From assembly GCA_051003195.1 (NCBI GenBank), contig JBPCLP010000020.1, positions 128,001 to 192,000 of the forward strand: 64,000 nt of DNA. Direction: 5' to 3'. The stretch is from Candidatus Sumerlaeaceae bacterium. GTDB lineage: Bacteria > Sumerlaeota > Sumerlaeia > Sumerlaeales > Sumerlaeaceae. This document shows, in pieces, positions 29,145 to 38,627 of this stretch. The translations under genes and the position numbers were made by a program. Under the pieces are notes generated by a model. That model was not told where the DNA came from and searched no databases. It was given only the letters and a program-made list of their open reading frames with translations. Each line of letters opens with the position of its first letter. The stretch's first letter is position 1.

Positions 29145-29737
29145 AGATGGCGAGCTATTGCGTAAGACGAGTCATGCAGTGCTGCGCCTGCAAGCGCACA
29201 CATGCGTTTACGCTGATTGAACTGCTTATTGTGGTCGGGATCATCGCGATCCTGGCGCTGGTCGCGTTGCCAAACCTGCTTGAGGCGCAGGTGCGATCGA
29301 AGATAAGCCGCGCGCGCGCCGATATGCGCACGCTGGCGACTGCACTTGAGACTTATGCGGCGGATAATAATAAGTACGTCCCGCGTGACGACGACGACGT
29401 GGTTCCCGAGAGTTTGACGACGCCCATCGCGTACTTAACATCGATTCCGCAGGACCAGTTTCGCCCCGGCAACATGAGCGTACGCGAGCGGCGCTACGGT
29501 TACCACAACGTGCGCGCGGAAGTGGAAGCGCTGTCGCCCGGCTGGCCGGAGAATGACCTGAAACGCTACGGCGACTGGCGGTTTTTCTCTTTTGGTCCGA
29601 AACAGGAATCGCTGCCACATGTCCCGTACGATTCGACCAACGGCACGGTATCGGAGGGGAACGTGTTGCGAACCCAGCGCAGCCCGGAAGGCAAAATCCT
29701 GTTCACATTCTGGGACCCGGCGAACCCGCAGGCGTAG
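29141..29737 (+). CDS. Prepilin-type N-terminal cleavage/methylation protein (GspG/pilin-like), paralogue 2
   Basis: A|FTLIELLIVVGIIAILA, LTTPIAY, WRFFSFGP, YDSTNGTVSEG; start uncertain (29141, 29147 or 29174). Confidence 0.9.
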   Translation: MKMASYCVRRVMQCCACKRTHAFTLIELLIVVGIIAILALVALPNLLEAQVRSKISRARADMRTLATALETYAADNNKYVPRDDDDVVPESLTTPIAYLTSIPQDQFRPGNMSVRERRYGYHNVRAEVEALSPGWPENDLKRYGDWRFFSFGPKQESLPHVPYDSTNGTVSEGNVLRTQRSPEGKILFTFWDPANPQA

Positions 29738-29951
29738 AACCACGCTTAAGCCTCGTGCATTCGCAGTTGCTGCAGTAGCACTGTTATTATTTTAGCTAAA
29801 ACGCTTGCAAACCTGCTCACTAGCCAACAGTCCCGTGGTGGGCTGCAATTGCGCAACCGCATCAGACGCTAAACTTGCTCTGCCGGCAATAGGTATCGCT
29901 TTGCATGCGGGAAGCCGAACAGCTCTTCTGATTTTTTTTAGGGGAAAAGCT

Positions 29952-31208
29952 ATGCATTGCTCTCTGAAGGTTCTTTGCTGTATCGTACTTCAACTGTCGT
30001 GCTTTGCCGTAACGCGAGCTAATTGCTCATTCCAGATGCATGGCAAAGGATTGTTTATAAAAAACGTCCGTGGCTATAACTTTGCGAAAGAGGAGCTTAC
30101 AACCGGCGTCGATAAGCTGATGCAAGAGCTACATGCAAGGAAACTGAGCTGCACCGCAGATGGCGAAAACAGCGATTTGTGCCGCTTCCTCAAGCGCTTG
30201 AGTTTAAATGCGCCCGAGGGAAAGGCGCGGCACCTAAAGAGCTATACGCTGACCGAAATGCGTGACTTCCTGCGTGAATTGAAAGCAGACTGGATCTGCG
30301 TCAAAGCTATAGATGGCATTAATCTCACGGCACAGTTTGACCAGAACCTTGTTTCGACTTTTGCGTTTTCTACGCCTCGGTTGTTTGCTCTTTGTGATTT
30401 GCGAACATCAATTAGCAAGGCTGTCGACTTTGATGAGGCTGGCAGATTGCAAGCGGAGGCAATTGTTAGCTTTATAAACAAGTATCCAAAAGTCGCAGGA
30501 ATTGTAATTGTGCCGGCTCAAAAGTCGGAGAAGATTGATTTTTTTCATGCGCCCGATTCGACTACAGTAACTGCAGCATTTTTGAAATCGCTTCCAGTGG
30601 AGACTACTGTTCCGCTCGCTTATTCTCCGATCCACGCCTTGATTTGTAACGAAGACTCACCGTCAGCAGCGGTCGCAATTCACCGGCGCTTTCTAAATGA
30701 TTCCCATTTCACGAGCTTTGTGCCTCGGTGCTTCTGGCGAGCAAGTAAGTCTGACGACGAGAAAAATCGTCAAGAACGATTAAAAAAGTTCATGTTCAAC
30801 GGTGTGATACCTTGGCTTTACACAAACGAGTACTCAACGAATCCCGTCGTGCTAATCGGCCAAGGAGAATTACAAAAGACGAAATGGTCTGAAGTGAACC
30901 GGTTCGCCAAATTAATACGTAATCACGAGAGTACCTACTCTTCTGTAAAGGGCATAGGCTATTGGTGTTTAGATGAACTGAAGCATCAAGACCTGATGGA
31001 TTTTGCTAATCTTGACATCAAGGCGCCTCCAGACAGCCAGGAACCATTTGGCATTGGTAAGAAAAAGAAGCCTAAGTATGTAATGGGAGAGATAGAAGGC
31101 TGTTCGACAAATTGGATCCCTGGAGTGGTTCCAAAAGATGCACTGCCAATGCTGCGGATGATGCTTGGCTTTCTCGAAGGGGTCCCTGAATGTCTGCCTA
31201 CATACTAA
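29952..31208 (+). CDS. Hypothetical secreted protein, AT-rich, possibly a degenerate TIM-barrel
   Basis: Signal-like N-terminus; long ORF visibly more AT-rich than its neighbours; no confident family. Confidence 0.65.
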   Translation: MHCSLKVLCCIVLQLSCFAVTRANCSFQMHGKGLFIKNVRGYNFAKEELTTGVDKLMQELHARKLSCTADGENSDLCRFLKRLSLNAPEGKARHLKSYTLTEMRDFLRELKADWICVKAIDGINLTAQFDQNLVSTFAFSTPRLFALCDLRTSISKAVDFDEAGRLQAEAIVSFINKYPKVAGIVIVPAQKSEKIDFFHAPDSTTVTAAFLKSLPVETTVPLAYSPIHALICNEDSPSAAVAIHRRFLNDSHFTSFVPRCFWRASKSDDEKNRQERLKKFMFNGVIPWLYTNEYSTNPVVLIGQGELQKTKWSEVNRFAKLIRNHESTYSSVKGIGYWCLDELKHQDLMDFANLDIKAPPDSQEPFGIGKKKKPKYVMGEIEGCSTNWIPGVVPKDALPMLRMMLGFLEGVPECLPTY

Positions 31209-32161
31209 GGAATGGTTCGCTGCCCTGTTACGCAACGAAATCCCAGATGACTAAGCCCGTGCCCTGGCTCCATCCGGTTGCGGGCGGCGCAGCGGAAACC
31301 GTGGCAGACGCCTTCGGCGCATAGAAAACTGCCGCCCCGGCAGACGCGTTTATCGCCCGTGGCTGGACCAGTCGGGTTCAGTCGCGGGCTTTCTTCGTAA
31401 TAAGTTTCGCCGTACCAGTCGGTGCACCACTCCCAAACGTTTCCACCCATGTCGTACAGGCCATAGCCGTTCGGGCGGAACGATTGAACCGGCGCTCGCA
31501 GATCAAACCCGTCTTCCAGCGTGTTCGTGGTAGGGAACTCTCCCTGGAAAAAGTTCGCCTGCAGTTTGCCGCCCGGTCGAAGTTCGTTGCCCCATGGATA
31601 TGTGATATTCTGTTTTCCGCCGCGGCAGGCCCATTCCCATTCGGCTTCGGTTGGCAGGCGTTTGCCAGCCCAGGCAGCATATGCAGCGGCGTCGCCCCAA
31701 GAGACCTGGGTGACCGGCGCGTCGGGTCGGGCGGAACTTGCCGGACCCTCCGGGTGCCGCCAGTTGGCTCCGTCTGTTTTTGTCCAGCTGTGAGTGGTCG
31801 GAAGAAACGCCAGCGAGTGACCGTCGCGTTCGGCAGCGGTGATGTGCCGAGTGGCGGAAGTGAAGCGCTCGAAGTCACGCACGGTAACCTCGGTGCGATC
31901 CATCCAGAAACCGGAAACTTCCACCTCGTGACTTGGACCTTCCGCGTCAAACTCCTCATCGCTGCCCATCTCAAACGTGCCGCCTGGTATATAGATCATA
32001 CCTGCAGGCGCGGGAGTCTTTGCTTCAACGCTACTGTTCGCCTGCTTGTTGTATCTGCGGGCATCCGCGCGCATTGCACCAGAGACGCAAAGGGCAACGA
32101 TCAAAATCGCACTCCAAACGCGGCGATGCTCGCAAGTCCCTTCGTGTAATTTAGTGTGCAT
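31205..32161 (-). CDS. Formylglycine-generating enzyme (FGE-sulfatase/SUMF1) family protein
   Basis: IPGGTFEMGS, MDRTEVT, RLPTEAEWE, NGYGLYDMGGNVWEW, RGGSFLC...C, HLGFRC. Confidence 0.92.
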   Translation of the reverse strand: MHTKLHEGTCEHRRVWSAILIVALCVSGAMRADARRYNKQANSSVEAKTPAPAGMIYIPGGTFEMGSDEEFDAEGPSHEVEVSGFWMDRTEVTVRDFERFTSATRHITAAERDGHSLAFLPTTHSWTKTDGANWRHPEGPASSARPDAPVTQVSWGDAAAYAAWAGKRLPTEAEWEWACRGGKQNITYPWGNELRPGGKLQANFFQGEFPTTNTLEDGFDLRAPVQSFRPNGYGLYDMGGNVWEWCTDWYGETYYEESPRLNPTGPATGDKRVCRGGSFLCAEGVCHGFRCAARNRMEPGHGLSHLGFRCVTGQRTIP

Positions 32162-32170
32162 TCGTGGATA
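32141..32170. repeat. Dispersed ATTCGTG triplet repeat, copy 2
   Basis: TTCGTGTAATTTAGTGTGCATTCGTGGATA; ends in the same ATTCGTGGATA as 17455-17484. Confidence 0.55.
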
Positions 32171-32200
32171 GTTGATTTTGATCCGCCGCGCTTTTGTCCG

Positions 32201-33508
32201 CTACTTCAGCTCGTCCAGGTTCTCGCGCACTTTGTGCATGGCGTCGACGACGTCCTGCATATCAGCACGGTTGCCGAGAAGCATGGTGTGTGGGAACCAC
32301 AGCGCTTCATCGGAACACAGGCGCTCGGTGTTGGGGCAGTGGACTTTCGTAAAACCGGGATGTCCCGGCAGCTCCGGTTGCCAATAGCGCACGTCGGCGG
32401 GCTTGGGATTCTGCAACTCCTGGATCGCGGGATTGCGATAGACCGGATGCGGGTAGCTGGCGAAAGCAGGAATACCTTCGGCTTTTAAAGCCTCGAGAAG
32501 TTTGTCGCGATGCAGCCCGCCAAAAGCCGTGCCGTCGTAACGAAAGCCGTAGAGATGATACGCGCGGCGGGTGACTCGCGGATCCGTGGGGCGCACCGTT
32601 AGTCCTGAAACTTTGCCCAGTTCCGCATCCAGAAACAATGCGTTCTCGGTGCGACGCTTGTTCTGTTCGTCCAGCCGGGAAAGGCCTACCAGCAGCAATG
32701 CAGCCTGAAATTCTGTGATGCGGTAATTGCCGCTGACGATATAATGAAAATACCACGGCTTGTCTTCGCGACGCCCCACATTCACGAACGAGCGTGCGAG
32801 CCGGCCGTATTCCTCGTTGTCCGTGACGATGATGCCGCCTTCGGCGGAGGTCAGGTTTTTGGACATCTGGAAACTGAACGTGCCGAGGTCGCCGTGGGCA
32901 CCGGTTCCTTTGCCGCGCCACTGGCTGCCCCAGCTGTGCGCTGCGTCCTCGATCAGGAGCAGATCGTGTTTCTTAGCGAGTGCTTTCGCGGCATCCAGGT
33001 CAATCGGAAGTCCGCCAAAATGCACGACGATGATGGCGCGGGTGCGAGGCGTGATCGCCGCCTCCGCCGCGGTGAGATCCATGTTCGCTGTCATCGGATC
33101 GATGTCGATGAAGATTGGGACGGCACGCAGCTGCAGCACCGACGTGGCCGTTGCGATAAAGGTGTACGCTGGAACAAGAACTTCATCGCCGGCCTGGATG
33201 CCCAGCGCTTTCATCGCCAGTTCCAGCGCGATCGTTCCGTTGCAGCAGGTGATGCCATGCTTCGCATCCTGAAATGCGGCGAACTCTTTTTCGAATTCCG
33301 CCACTTTTTCACCGAACCACCATTTGCCACTGCGCACGACTTCCAGCACTGCGTTTTCTTCCTCGGGCCCGTGGATCGGCCATGAAGGAAAAGGTTCCGT
33401 TCGTACGGGTGTGCCGCCGTTGAGTGCCAGCTTGCTCAAGGATGTCTCGCGATCATTGGTATGTTTAGTTTCCGATGGCGCGGCAAGTGCCCCAGAACTT
33501 TCAATCAT
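32201..33508 (-). CDS. DegT/DnrJ/EryC1/StrS PLP-dependent aminotransferase
   Basis: NGTIALE, PAYTFIATA, IEDAAHSWG, FSFQMSKNLTSAEGG (PLP lysine); true start may be downstream, near LSKLALNGG. Confidence 0.92.
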   Translation of the reverse strand: MIESSGALAAPSETKHTNDRETSLSKLALNGGTPVRTEPFPSWPIHGPEEENAVLEVVRSGKWWFGEKVAEFEKEFAAFQDAKHGITCCNGTIALELAMKALGIQAGDEVLVPAYTFIATATSVLQLRAVPIFIDIDPMTANMDLTAAEAAITPRTRAIIVVHFGGLPIDLDAAKALAKKHDLLLIEDAAHSWGSQWRGKGTGAHGDLGTFSFQMSKNLTSAEGGIIVTDNEEYGRLARSFVNVGRREDKPWYFHYIVSGNYRITEFQAALLLVGLSRLDEQNKRRTENALFLDAELGKVSGLTVRPTDPRVTRRAYHLYGFRYDGTAFGGLHRDKLLEALKAEGIPAFASYPHPVYRNPAIQELQNPKPADVRYWQPELPGHPGFTKVHCPNTERLCSDEALWFPHTMLLGNRADMQDVVDAMHKVRENLDELK

Positions 33509-33566
33509 TTCCCGCTATGGGGAATCCGTCCTATCGCGAGCCGAGATTTTGCAACGCCACCTGGAA

Positions 33567-35657
33567 CTACTTTTTCTTTCGCTGCTGCTTCTGAATTTCC
33601 TTCTGCTGACGGTCGAACTCTTCCTTGGCCTGTTCCGCACGCGCCATCATCTTGCCGAAGAAGCTGTTCGGGTTCTTCTCCTTTGGCTCACGGGGTGGCG
33701 GCGGACCTTTTTTCGCATGCTGCGCTTCTTCATAATCCAGGATCTTGTTGGTGATCAGCGTTTGCAGAATCTGCCATGTATTACTCGCCATCCAGTAAAG
33801 CATCAGGCCTGCGGGGAAGGTGAACATGGTCACCGTCACCATGATCGGGATAAGGTAAACCATCTGCTGCTGAAGCTGGCGTTGCATCGGGTCTGTGATA
33901 GTCTGGATCATCCGCTGCATGGCGAGCTTGCTTGAGATCATCTGCGTGAATCCAACGATGAGAGGCAGGAGATTAAAGTAGGCGCCAATGAAGGGAATGC
34001 TGAAGCCCATGTGGAACAGGTGGTCGGCCTGGCTGAGATCCTTGATCCACAAAAACTGCGCGCCCTGCAGATCAATCGTATCATTGGCGACTTTATACAA
34101 GCCGATGAAAATGGGCATCTGCGGCAGGACCGGAATGCAGCTTCGCATGGCGCCCAGCGGGTTGATCCCATGTTCCTGGTACACTTTCCAGGTTTCCCGG
34201 CTTTTCGCCTGCGGATCGTCCTTATAGCGCTCCTGAATGGCTTCCAGGTGGGGTTTGATGCGCTTCATCTCATAGCTGGTTTTCGCCTGCATCTTGATGG
34301 AGCGATGTACCAGCGGAAATACCGCAATCTTAACGATCACCGTGAGAAGCATGATGGCTATGCCGTAGTCGCGGATGACATGCACGTAGAGCCAGTTAAG
34401 CAGATCGGTGAGGCCCAGGTAGATCATCCTCATCCACCACCAGGATTCGGAAAAGACGACGGACTGCAGGCTGTTTGGGTAGCCTTTCAGCACGGCGTGT
34501 TTCTTCGGGCCAAGATAGACGCCAAATTCAAAGGTGCGGCTCGAATGCGGCTTTAGTTCAAAGTTCTCGGTGATCAACTCCATCGACAGCGGTGCGTGGT
34601 ACTTCTCCAGCTCACCGCGTCGAAACTCGGAAGACGCCCGCGTGGGATCAATTTTGTGCGCTTCAGGAACCAGCGTTCGGAAAAAGTAACGTTGCTTGCG
34701 CGCCGCGTCGTCGGGCTGGGCCGGAACCAGCAGGGCTGCAAAGAACTTCGACTCCACACCAGCCCATTCAATCTGGTCGTCGACTTCCATCGCCTCGGCA
34801 CCAGGTTTAGGACTGGGACGGAAAACGCGAACACCACCGGTTCCGCGAACCGTGGCCGTGTCATAAATGGCGTCTCCACTGTTCAGCTCCGCAGTGCCCC
34901 GCTCGAGCAGGCCCGGCCCCCATCGTAGCGTGAGGCCCCGGTTGTTCTCGTCGATGATTGGAACTGTGCTGCTGGTCTCGTTGTAGACAGTAAGGCGGAA
35001 GGTTGAGTAATATTTGTCCTTGGGGAGATCGAAGCTTTTCTCAAGCCGCAGCCCGCGGATGGATGGAGATGCGAGACGCACCACGGTGGTATCCGCAGCA
35101 CTGCTTGAAAGTGGTAACGCACTCCAGGCTACGTGGTTGAAGTCTTCGTAACTGCGGGCATTAGCTTCCTTGAAGGTGACTTCCAGCGGCCACATCTGCT
35201 GTGCGGCCTGGCCTCCCTCAAGTCCGGGAATACGGCGAACCATCTCGATGCCGCGACTCGTCTCGTCTGTTTCCTTATAGGAGTTGCTGCCGGGCCGAAG
35301 CAGACGCCAACTGTTTACCACGGCCCCAACAAGGTCAAAGTCGAGAGCGTACATGGCGGTGCGGGCGGAGACAAGCGGCCCCGGATGCGGCTGCAATGTT
35401 ACGGAAGTTCCCTCGACGGTCGGAGCTGCTTCCGGTTTGGCCTCAGCGACGGTTGCCGCGCCAGCGACTCCGGAGGTTCCAGGGTCCGAAGTCGCTGTTA
35501 GCGTACTCGTGGTGGTCGAGCCTGCAGTGCTGCCGGGCTTCGGCTGCGGCGGCTTCGGCGAAAAGAAAAACCACGCCGCCACAATGATATACGAAACTAA
35601 AATAAACTGCAGCCATCGTTGACTCTCGGGAGAGCGGCCGCGGGCGTTATCAGCCAT
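33567..35657 (-). CDS. yidC: Membrane protein insertase YidC
   Basis: N-terminal TM, large periplasmic domain, YLGPK, YGIAIMLLT, QMPIFIGLY, FLWIKDLS, PAGLMLYW; lies in the rpmH-rnpA-yidD-yidC operon. Confidence 0.95.
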   Translation of the reverse strand: MADNARGRSPESQRWLQFILVSYIIVAAWFFFSPKPPQPKPGSTAGSTTTSTLTATSDPGTSGVAGAATVAEAKPEAAPTVEGTSVTLQPHPGPLVSARTAMYALDFDLVGAVVNSWRLLRPGSNSYKETDETSRGIEMVRRIPGLEGGQAAQQMWPLEVTFKEANARSYEDFNHVAWSALPLSSSAADTTVVRLASPSIRGLRLEKSFDLPKDKYYSTFRLTVYNETSSTVPIIDENNRGLTLRWGPGLLERGTAELNSGDAIYDTATVRGTGGVRVFRPSPKPGAEAMEVDDQIEWAGVESKFFAALLVPAQPDDAARKQRYFFRTLVPEAHKIDPTRASSEFRRGELEKYHAPLSMELITENFELKPHSSRTFEFGVYLGPKKHAVLKGYPNSLQSVVFSESWWWMRMIYLGLTDLLNWLYVHVIRDYGIAIMLLTVIVKIAVFPLVHRSIKMQAKTSYEMKRIKPHLEAIQERYKDDPQAKSRETWKVYQEHGINPLGAMRSCIPVLPQMPIFIGLYKVANDTIDLQGAQFLWIKDLSQADHLFHMGFSIPFIGAYFNLLPLIVGFTQMISSKLAMQRMIQTITDPMQRQLQQQMVYLIPIMVTVTMFTFPAGLMLYWMASNTWQILQTLITNKILDYEEAQHAKKGPPPPREPKEKNPNSFFGKMMARAEQAKEEFDRQQKEIQKQQRKKK

Positions 35658-35666
35658 TCGGTGAGG

Positions 35667-35951
35667 TTACTTTCCTTCAGCTTCGTGGGATAGAGTTGCG
35701 GTGGTGCTTTGAGGCGGGTCTGGATTTACTGGGTCATAACCGCCGGGGCTGAGCGGATTACACCGCACAATGCGCCATGCAATCATTACCAGCGCCCGAA
35801 TAAACGGTTTTGTCTGCAATGCCTCAAGTGCGTAGCTGGAGCACGAAGGATGAAACCGGCATACGGGCGGGAACCAGCGGCTGATCCAACGCTGGTATCC
35901 ACGTATGCCGGCCATAAGTGCCACTTTGGCAGGATTAGCAATTCTGGTCAC
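35667..35951 (-). CDS. yidD: Membrane protein insertion efficiency factor YidD
   Basis: YQRWIS..FPPVCRFHPSCSSYA...RIVRCNP...GGYDPV; GTG 35951 chosen as start. Confidence 0.93.
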   Translation of the reverse strand: MTRIANPAKVALMAGIRGYQRWISRWFPPVCRFHPSCSSYALEALQTKPFIRALVMIAWRIVRCNPLSPGGYDPVNPDPPQSTTATLSHEAEGK

Positions 35952-36357
35952 TGGGCTTATCGTCTGAAGTTGCGGGAGAATTGTCGAGCACCATGCCAGC
36001 GTCGCGCCATACCGACCACAGTTGTTGATCCAATTTTGCAAAGTTCGTGTCGACTGCCGATTTCAGAAAATTTATGATGACGGTAAAGCCCGGCTTGAGG
36101 CCGGGCAATGCGAGCCGAAAAGACTCGCGTCCGTGGCGCTTGAGACGGTTGCGTATCACTGCACCGCCCACCTTACGCGTGGCCGTAAACCCAACGCGCG
36201 TAGGCAGCTGCGGATTTTCGCGAGGTAAAACAAAGACATGAAGGGCGCGACGGCGATAGCACTTTCCCTGCGCATAGGCCTGGAGGAACTCCGCGCGTTG
36301 TTTGACGCGGTTCTCCGGCCGAAAAAAGCGGCGCGGAAGATTTTGGGGCTCAGACAC
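35935..36357 (-). CDS. rnpA: Ribonuclease P protein component
   Basis: RVGFTATRKVGGAVIRNRLKR (RNR motif); synteny. Confidence 0.93.
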   Translation of the reverse strand: MSEPQNLPRRFFRPENRVKQRAEFLQAYAQGKCYRRRALHVFVLPRENPQLPTRVGFTATRKVGGAVIRNRLKRHGRESFRLALPGLKPGFTVIINFLKSAVDTNFAKLDQQLWSVWRDAGMVLDNSPATSDDKPSDQNC

Positions 36358-36407
36358 GGGGGTGCACGCCCGGGCCAGCGCCAGCAAGCGCGTGACCCTC
36401 GGGCCGC

Positions 36408-36563
36408 TTAGCGCGCCGAGCGCGAGTCGGAAACCGTAAGCTTGTGCCGGCCCTTGGCGCGACGGCGCTTAAGCACCAGCCGTCCGTTCTTGGTCGACAT
36501 CCGCTCGCGGAAGCCATGCTTGTGAAAGCGCTTAATTAAGCTGGGTTGGAACGTGCGTTTCAT
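36408..36563 (-). CDS. rpmH: 50S ribosomal protein L34
   Basis: Hand translation [51 protein letters not shown]; too short for the ORF track. Confidence 0.97.
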   Translation of the reverse strand: MKRTFQPSLIKRFHKHGFRERMSTKNGRLVLKRRRAKGRHKLTVSDSRSAR

Positions 36564-36756
36564 TTTACTCTGATCCTATCGTCTATAAACCAAGGGCCTA
36601 ACACAGGAAAGCCCTACAAAAATTCGCTTTGGATTCCGAATTAAGGCAAGCCTGCCGTCGGCCACTCGCAGCCCGTGGCGAGACATCCCATGTTTTGGCA
36701 CTTGCGTTGCCCGAGGTGTCCTTGGAAATCGAACCAAATCACAAAGGAAACGTACA

Positions 36757-37044
36757 ATGTCAGACCAAGTGCGCGCGAGCCATGTCCTGGTACCAACCGA
36801 ACAGGCATGCAATGATCTTAAGTCGAAGATCGATGCGGGGAGCCTCAGTTTTGAGGATGCGGCAAAGCAGAATTCGACCTGCCCCAGCAAAGCGCGGGGC
36901 GGCGACCTCGGCTTCTTTGGGCGTGGGCAGATGGTAAAGGCCTTTGAAGACGCGGCTTTCGGTGCCGGTGAGAATGAGGTCGTTGGCCCGGTTAAAACCC
37001 AGTTTGGCTACCATCTGATCAAGGTGACAGGGAAGAAGAACTGA
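36757..37044 (+). CDS. ppiC: Parvulin-type peptidyl-prolyl cis-trans isomerase
   Basis: [44 protein letters not shown]. Confidence 0.93.
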   Translation: MSDQVRASHVLVPTEQACNDLKSKIDAGSLSFEDAAKQNSTCPSKARGGDLGFFGRGQMVKAFEDAAFGAGENEVVGPVKTQFGYHLIKVTGKKN

Positions 37045-37226
37045 GCTGAAAGCAAAGATACAAACCTTCGGCTTTCATACCCGCTGAGGTGCTTCATGTC
37101 CTCACGCATTTAGTTGAGCCAACTGGAGTTGTGGTACCGCGCACTGTTTGTGCACTAATCCTGCAATAGCCCATCGCATGGATGCACTATGCGTCCCGAA
37201 ACCTAATCTATGGAAGAGGGGAGGGA

Positions 37227-37511
37227 ATGATAATGAATCGCATTGCTGTCGCGGCCGCAGTTGCTGCCACGCTTGGAATGGGCTCAATTGCCCAGGCATG
37301 TCCGCAGCATACCAGCCATGCCAAAGCAAAACGGGTACATAGCTATCGCGTGGATCGGACGCCGGATCGTTATTACACCGGCAGTTACGACTACTCGCCA
37401 GGCTATTACAATAGCTATTCTCCCGGTTATTATGGCTGGGACACAGGCGGATACTACAATAGCTACAACAACGTCGGCATCGGCTTAGGACCGTTCTCAA
37501 TCGGGTTCTAA
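37227..37511 (+). CDS. Small secreted Tyr/Gly-rich protein
   Basis: Signal peptide; YSPGYY x2; GGAGG RBS; terminator downstream. Confidence 0.75.
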   Translation: MIMNRIAVAAAVAATLGMGSIAQACPQHTSHAKAKRVHSYRVDRTPDRYYTGSYDYSPGYYNSYSPGYYGWDTGGYYNSYNNVGIGLGPFSIGF

Positions 37512-37529
37512 GAAGATTGCCACTGTACT

Positions 37530-37574
37530 GGCTGAGTGCCGCTTTCGAAGAGTGGCATTCAGCCTTTCTTTTTT
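37530..37574 (+). terminator. Rho-independent terminator
   Basis: GGCTGAGTGCCGCT...AGTGGCATTCAGCC stem followed by TTTCTTTTTT. Confidence 0.8.
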
Positions 37575-37670
37575 CCTCGCTTTTATTTTGGCGGTTGTAG
37601 CAGCCTGCCTTGCATCACTGCTTCATCACTCAATCCGGTTCCGTCCAGTACGCACAGGGGGTAGCTCCCA

Positions 37671-38411
37671 ATGGACCCGCAAAAGTCAGTACGTTTCATG
37701 CAGACGACCGAGACCGCGCCCGCACCGGGCGTGATGCTCCAAGCATCGCCGAACCACACGCCTTTTCCATTTTCAACGCGTGCGAGCGCACTGCTCCAGA
37801 AGCAGTTAAAGCTTATCGAAGAGCTTGCAGCAGCGCACGATCTGCCTCCCATCAAAAACGAGGAGTGCTGGACGGGCATTCACACGACGCGTGTCGCGGA
37901 AATTGCGGCACTGCTGGCCCAGCTTCTGAAATTGCCGGAAGGTGAAATCAGTCTAATACGGCGGGCTGCGCCTTTGCATGATCTTGGGAAGCTGGCCATC
38001 CCCGCGGAAATCCTTCAGAAACCCTCTTCCTTGAACGAAGAGGAATTCGCAATCGTCAAAACGCATACGACCCTCGGTGAGCGCCTGCTGCTGAAGGCTG
38101 GTGTAAAATCGCGCCTGCTTACGATGGCAGGAGAAATAGCGCGAACCCACCATGAGCACTGGGATGGCAGCGGGTACCCTCACGGGCTCCGGGGCGAAGA
38201 CATTCCACTGACTGGCCGTATTGTGTCGGTCGCGGACGTATACGACGCATTGACTCGAACGCGCCCCTATAAGGCCCGATGGACTTCCAAAGCGGCTCTG
38301 GAAGCCATCGTGCAGCGTCGTGGCAGCAAATTCGACCCGATGGTAGTGGACGCCCTGTTGTCGCTCCACGAGAGCGGGTCGTTAGACGTGTCGCCCGCGA
38401 TCTCCAACTAG
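37671..38411 (+). CDS. HD-GYP domain phosphodiesterase
   Basis: H..RV, LHDLGK, HHEHWDGSGYPHGL, RIVSVADVYDAL, RPYK, FDP. Confidence 0.92.
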   Translation: MDPQKSVRFMQTTETAPAPGVMLQASPNHTPFPFSTRASALLQKQLKLIEELAAAHDLPPIKNEECWTGIHTTRVAEIAALLAQLLKLPEGEISLIRRAAPLHDLGKLAIPAEILQKPSSLNEEEFAIVKTHTTLGERLLLKAGVKSRLLTMAGEIARTHHEHWDGSGYPHGLRGEDIPLTGRIVSVADVYDALTRTRPYKARWTSKAALEAIVQRRGSKFDPMVVDALLSLHESGSLDVSPAISN

Positions 38412-38627
38412 TGCTGTCTACCGTTAGTTCGTAATCTGTTCTGTGTGCCGAATCGAGGTCAAGTCCGCCCTTGGTCTGGTAAGGAACTCCGGATTCGGCA
38501 CACTAGTCCGGCCCGCCTGGTCACCATTGCGCTTGCACAGGTGCTTTTTCTGTTGCGCCTTGTGGCGGTGGATTTTTACGAAGGTTGCCTGTTGAGCAAA
38601 CCGGGAAAACAGGCCGCACGGCGGCGA

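Noticed and set aside
32201..33508. AHBA-synthase-like aminotransferase as the sign of a biosynthetic gene cluster
   Set aside because: The neighbours are yidC and an FGE-family gene; no biosynthetic partners are present
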